From assembly GCA_004431415.1 (NCBI GenBank), contig QPMI01000087.1, positions 13,253 through 77,252 on the forward strand: a stretch of DNA of 64,000 nt, in the 5' to 3' direction. Positions 59,452-64,000 of the stretch are shown here, in pieces. The translations under genes and the position numbers were made by a program. How positions within the stretch are numbered: position 1 is the first letter of the stretch; each line of letters opens with the position of its first letter. A model generated the notes under the pieces. It had not been told where the DNA came from, searched no databases, and saw only the letters and a program-made list of their open reading frames with translations. Source of the DNA: Cyanophora paradoxa CCMP329 (lineage: Eukaryota > Plantae > Glaucophyta).

Positions 59452-60398
59452 TGCGCATCGGGATTTGCGCTCTCAATGCGTAAATCGAGTTTTGCGCCGA
59501 CGGAATGCGAACAAAGAAGACCGTAGCCGAGCGCCAGGCACGAAAGAGCTGAGCGACTCGCTAGCCGCGGTAGCTAGCGGCGCGAGGCGAGCACGGGATT
59601 AGCAGCAGGCTGCTGCGAGCGCCCCGCAAGGGACTAGCTGAGCTAGCCGTTGGGCCGAGCCGGCGGGCTTGAAGCCGCCGAGCTCCGAGGGGTACGCTGA
59701 TTCGGGGTTTCCCTTCACGCCCAGCTTCGCTCGCGGCCGCCCCAGGCCACGGAGCGACCAGCGGCGAAGCGAAATCGCCACAGCCAGCACAGCAATCACT
59801 CCTAAACAGCCCTGTCGGACCGGCGGCCGCACATCTCGGCCGTCCCTCCTATTGCACGGAACCGACCCAACTCTGCAGCACCATGGCTAGCTGCAGTGGA
59901 GCGCGATCCCGCGGCAGCAACTGTGAAGCAGTTCTGCCTCGTTGGCTGGCCGGAGCAAACCCTGTTCCCAGCGATCCTCCCGGAATCGGCCCCGGGCCCC
60001 GATTCACGCTTGAATCTGGTGCCTTACTGCCGTGCCGGTACGTGGATTCACGTCCGGGCCCGCCCGCCACGCTCGCATCCAGCGCGCGCTGGCTATCCCG
60101 GGGGCCCACCGTCAGTCCGCGGCCGCCGGCTTGCCTATACACTCTATAAGCGTGTATTGAGACCCGCCGCGCGATTCCTCCGGATCCCTGACCATTCCCT
60201 GCGCGCATGATCCGGGAGCTCCTCGGCGCTCGAACCGGACGCCGCCGCCGCGCCACGCCGGCGGAGCTCGCGCAGGACCGCCCCGGCCTGCTGGCGCTCG
60301 CGCTGCAGGCCCACTGCGCCGTCGGGGCTTGGATCGTGCCTTACGCGTGATCCACCGACGGACGGTGCCCGGCCGCCCGCGCGGCTCGGGGTGGCGAC

Positions 60399-61300
60399 GG
60401 AGTACGGTTCTCGCTGGCGCCTCGCTGCGAGTCGGCCCGCTGGCGCCTCGCTGCGGGCCCCGTGCTCGGAGTTCCGGGGACCGCTGGCGCGGCGCGCCGC
60501 GGTCCCGGCCTGCCCCGCAGGCCCCGGCCGCGCCCGCGGCCGGCGAGCTCCACCCCGGAGTACGGCCTCGCTGGCGGAACCGCTGCGAGATGGCCCGCTG
60601 GCGCGTCGCGCTGCGGGCCCCGTGCTCGGAGTTCCGGGGACCGCTGGCGCGGCGCGCCGCGGTCCCGGCCTGCCCCGCAGGCCCCGGCCGCGCCCGCGGC
60701 CGGCGAGCTCCACCCCGGAGTACGGCCTCGCTGGCGGAACCGCTGCGAGATGGCCCGCTGGCGCGTCGCGCTGCGGGCCCCGTGCTCGGAGTTCCGGGGA
60801 CCGCTGGCGCGGCGCGCCGCGGTCCCGGCCTGCCCGCAGGCCCGGCCGCGCCCGCGGCCGCGAGCTCCACCCGGAGTACGGCCTCGCTGGCGGAACCGCT
60901 GCGAGATGGCCCGCTGGCGAGTCGCGCTGCGGGCCCGTGCTCGGAGTTCGGGGACCGCTGGCGCGGCGCGCCGCGGTCCCGGCCTGCCCGCAGGCCCCGG
61001 CGCGCCCGCGGCCGGCGAGCTCCACCCCGGAGTACGGCCTCGCTGGCGGAACCGCCGCGAGATGGCCCGCTGGCGCGTCGCGCTGCGGGCCCCGTGCTCG
61101 GAGTTCCGGGGACCGCTGGCGCGGCGCGCCGCGGTCCCGGCCTGCCCCGCAGGCCCGGCCGCGCCCGCGGCCGGCGAGCTCCACCCCGGAGTACTAGTAC
61201 GGCCTCGCTGGCGGAACCGCTGCGAGATGGCCCGCTGGCGCTCGCCGCTGCGGGCCCCGTCCTCGGATCTAGTTCCGGGACCGCTGGCGCGTCGCTCTGC
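60399..61300. repeat. GC-rich satellite, ~160-bp unit, ~5.5 copies
   Basis: Unit start ggagtac at about 60399, 60557, 60717, 60873, 61029 and 61188. Confidence 0.95.
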
Positions 61301-62029
61301 AGGCCCGCGGCCGCACTCCGTCGGAGTGCCCGCTGCGCATGCAGCCTCGCGATCGATCGCGATCGCAGAGTGTTTTTGTTTTTGTTTGTCTGTGGTCGAT
61401 TTTAATCAATTCAATGGTTGACTCGACCTAAAGAAACAAAACAAAACAAAAAAAAACGTCCCGGCCGGACCGGCGGACCCGCGAGGGCGCGAACCCGCGG
61501 GCCGCGCCGCGGCCCGCGCGCGCGGGCCCGGCGCGGCCCGCGCCGGCCCCGCGGCGCCGGCGGCCGCCGGGCCGCGGCCGCGCGCGCGCGCGCGCCGCGC
61601 AGTCTCCGCGGCCGAGGCTCGCTAGCCTTGAAGCTGCCAGGCTGGTGCTTCCGGCCCAAGTTCCGGGCGCTTCGCGCGCGCTCAGAATCCGCTGCCGCAG
61701 GCCTCTAGCTAGGCCCGCAGCGCGCATCAGCCGCTGAGCAGCGCCGCGGCGCATCGCCGCATGCCCGCGGCCATGCCCGGCCGCACGTAAGCTAGTCCTC
61801 AGTACTACTAGTAGTACTGCAGCCCCCGTGCGCGTGCGAGTCAGATCGGACTCAGCCGACACCGCGGCGCCCGACACCACAGCCGCTGAGCTGCAGCTAC
61901 AACTGCCAGGCTGGCACTTCCGCTGCCGCAGTGCTGTCGCTGGCGCGTTGCGCTGCGGACTACAGCCCTCGCTGGCACTCTAGATCTCGCTGCGAGTCGG
62001 CCCGCTGGCGGCCTTCCGCGCATCCGCGC

Positions 62030-64000
62030 CGCGCCCTCGCGCGCCCCACGCCGCCGCTCGACCCGCCGCCGCCGCATAACCTGCTTGCGCAGGGCGGGCC
62101 GGCCGCTGGCTCGACCGCGCGCTCTCCGGCGGGAGCCCTGGGCCCACTCCACGGCTCCGCCCCGAGGTCCGAAAGCGACCTCGCGCGGCCCCGCACCGCC
62201 GCTCGACCGCCACCGCCGCCTGACCTGCTTGCGCAGGGCGGCCGGCCGCAGGCTCGCCTGCAGCGCCCTCCGGCTGGAGCCCTTGGGCTCCACTCCGCCC
62301 CGAGGTCCGTAGCGACCTCGCGCGGCCCCGCGGCGCCGCTTACCGCCGCCGCCGCATAACCTGCTTGCGCAGGCAGGCCGGCCGCTGGCTCGCATGCAGC
62401 GCTCCCCGGCTGGAGCCAAGGCTCCACCTCCGCCCGAGGTCTGCAGCGACTCGCGCGGCCCGGCAACGCCGCCCGGCTCGCCGCCTCCGCCTGACCTGCT
62501 GGCGCAGGGCGGGCCGGCGAGGTCCAAAAATCGACCTCGCGCAGCCCCGCATCACCGCTCGACCCGCCGCCGCTGCCTGACCTGCTTGCCAAGGCGGGCC
62601 GGCCGCTGGCTCGCATATAACACTCCCGGGCTGGAGCCCAGGGCCCCACCTCCGCCCCGAGGTCCGTCACGGCCTCGCGCGGCCCCGCGCTGCCGCTCGA
62701 CCCGCCGCCGCCGCATAACCTGCTTGCGCAGGGCGGGCCGGCCGCTGGCTCGACCGCGGCGCCCTCCGGCGGGAGCCCAGGGCTCCACCTCCGCCAGAGG
62801 TCCGTCACGGCCTCGCGCGGCCCCACACTGCCGCTCGACCCGCCGCCGCCGCATAACCTGCTTGCGCAGGGCGGGCCGGCCGCTGGCTCGACCGCGGCGC
62901 CCTCCGGCGGGAGCCCAGGGCTCCACCTCCGCCAGAGGTCCGTCACGGCCTCGCGCGGCCCCACACTGCCGCTCGACCCGCCGCCGCCGCATAACCTGCT
63001 TGCGCAGGGCAGGCCGGCCGCTGGCTCGCATGCAGCGCTCCCCGGCTGGAGCCCAAGGCTCCACCTCCGCCCCGAGGTCTGCAGCGACCTCGCGCGGCCC
63101 GGCAACGCCGCCCGGCTCGCCGCCTCCGCCTGACCTGCTGGCGCAGGGCGGGCCGGCGAGGTCCAAAAATCGACCTCGCGCAGCCCCGCATCACCGCTCG
63201 ACCCGCCGCCGCTGCCTGACCTGCTTGCCAAGGCGGGCCGGCCGCTGGCTCGCATATAACACTCCCGGGCTGGAGCCCAGGGCCCCACCTCCGCCCCGAG
63301 GTCCGTCACGGCCTCGCGCGGCCCCGCGCTGCCGCTCGACCCGCCGCCGCCGCATAACCTGCTTGCGCAGGGCGGGCCGGCCGCTGGCTCGACCGCGGCG
63401 CCCTCCGGCGGGAGCCCAGGGCTCCACCTCCGCCAGAGGTCCGTCACGGCCTCGCGCGGCCCCGCGCTGCCGCTCGACCCGCCGCCGCCGCATAACCTGC
63501 CTGCGCAGGGCCGGCCGCTGGCTCGCATGCAGCGCCCCCCGGCTGGAGCCCAGGCTCCGCCTCCGCCCCGAGGTCCGTCACGGCTTCGCGCGGCCCCGCG
63601 CTGCCGCTCGACCTGCCGCCGCCGCGTAACCTGCTTGCGCAGGGCGGGTTGGCCGCTGGCTCGCATGCAGCGCCCCCGGCCGGAGCCCAGGGATCCACCC
63701 CGCCCCGAGGTCCGTTCACGGCCTCGCGCGGCCCCGCGCTGCCGCTCGACCCGCCGCCACCGCATAACCTGCTTGCGTAGGACGGGCCGGCCGCGGGCTC
63801 GCATACCGCGCTCCCGGCTGGAGTCCAGGGCGCCACCTCCGCCCCGAGGTCCGTCACGGCCTCGCGCGGCCCCGCGCCGCCGCTCGACCGGCCGCCGCGC
63901 ATCACCTGCTCGCGCAGGGCGGGCCGGCCGCTGGCTCGCATGCAGCGCCCCCCGCTGGAGCCCAGGGCGCGCCTCCGCCCCGAGGTCCGTCACGGCCTCG
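62030..64000. repeat. GC-rich satellite, ~137-bp unit with higher-order ~640-bp structure; runs off the window end
   Basis: Recurring gccgcataacctgcttgcgcagggc...gaggtccgtcacggcctcgcgcggcccc. The variant unit containing gtccaaaaatcgacc recurs at ~62522 and ~63161. Confidence 0.95.

Noticed and set aside
60112-63993. Long ORFs (250-677 aa) across the satellites
   Set aside because: Stop-poor GC-rich repeats are open in several frames on both strands, and frame-shifting indels occur between units.
57200-64000. Tandem arrays as a CRISPR locus
   Set aside because: Units repeat along their whole length with no unique spacers, there are no cas genes, and the context is eukaryotic.
1-64000. Alternative genetic code or stop readthrough; rRNA/tRNA genes
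   Set aside because: In-frame stops in conserved genes all fall inside predicted introns, and I recognised no rRNA or cloverleaf sequence by eye.

Overview
This is eukaryotic nuclear DNA: very GC-rich, dense in short spliceosomal introns (mostly about 50-100 nt, GT-AG plus many GC-AG). Most long ORFs in the supplied track are GC-rich shadow frames, so I assembled the genes by hand from splice sites. N-terminal transit peptides carrying an early Phe (MAF..., MSGAF...) suggest an alga with a primary plastid, glaucophyte/Cyanophora-like (inference). Genes in order: two tandem paralogs of a hypothetical TPR-like gene (-); a complete 27-exon plastid-targeted pyruvate phosphate dikinase (+); a hypothetical gene (-); an SLC13/SLT Na+/sulfate transporter (+); an RWP-RK transcription factor (-); a START-like protein (+); a small Cys-rich Tat-targeted thylakoid-lumen protein (-); a FAH-hydrolase / TM / strictosidine-synthase-like fusion (+); a membrane protein (-); an ankyrin-TRP channel (+); and a ~10 kb gene (-) with three copies of an unnamed module containing an AP2-like motif, PPxY-rich repeats and a SAM-like C-terminus. 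Two GC-rich satellites follow. A 7.4 kb tandem duplication (10054-17507 / 17509-24916) is probably an assembly artefact. The most notable observations are the triple AP2-like/SAM gene, the FAH-SSL fusion, a pervasive palindrome-generating insertion signature, and an atypical 5' splice-site consensus.
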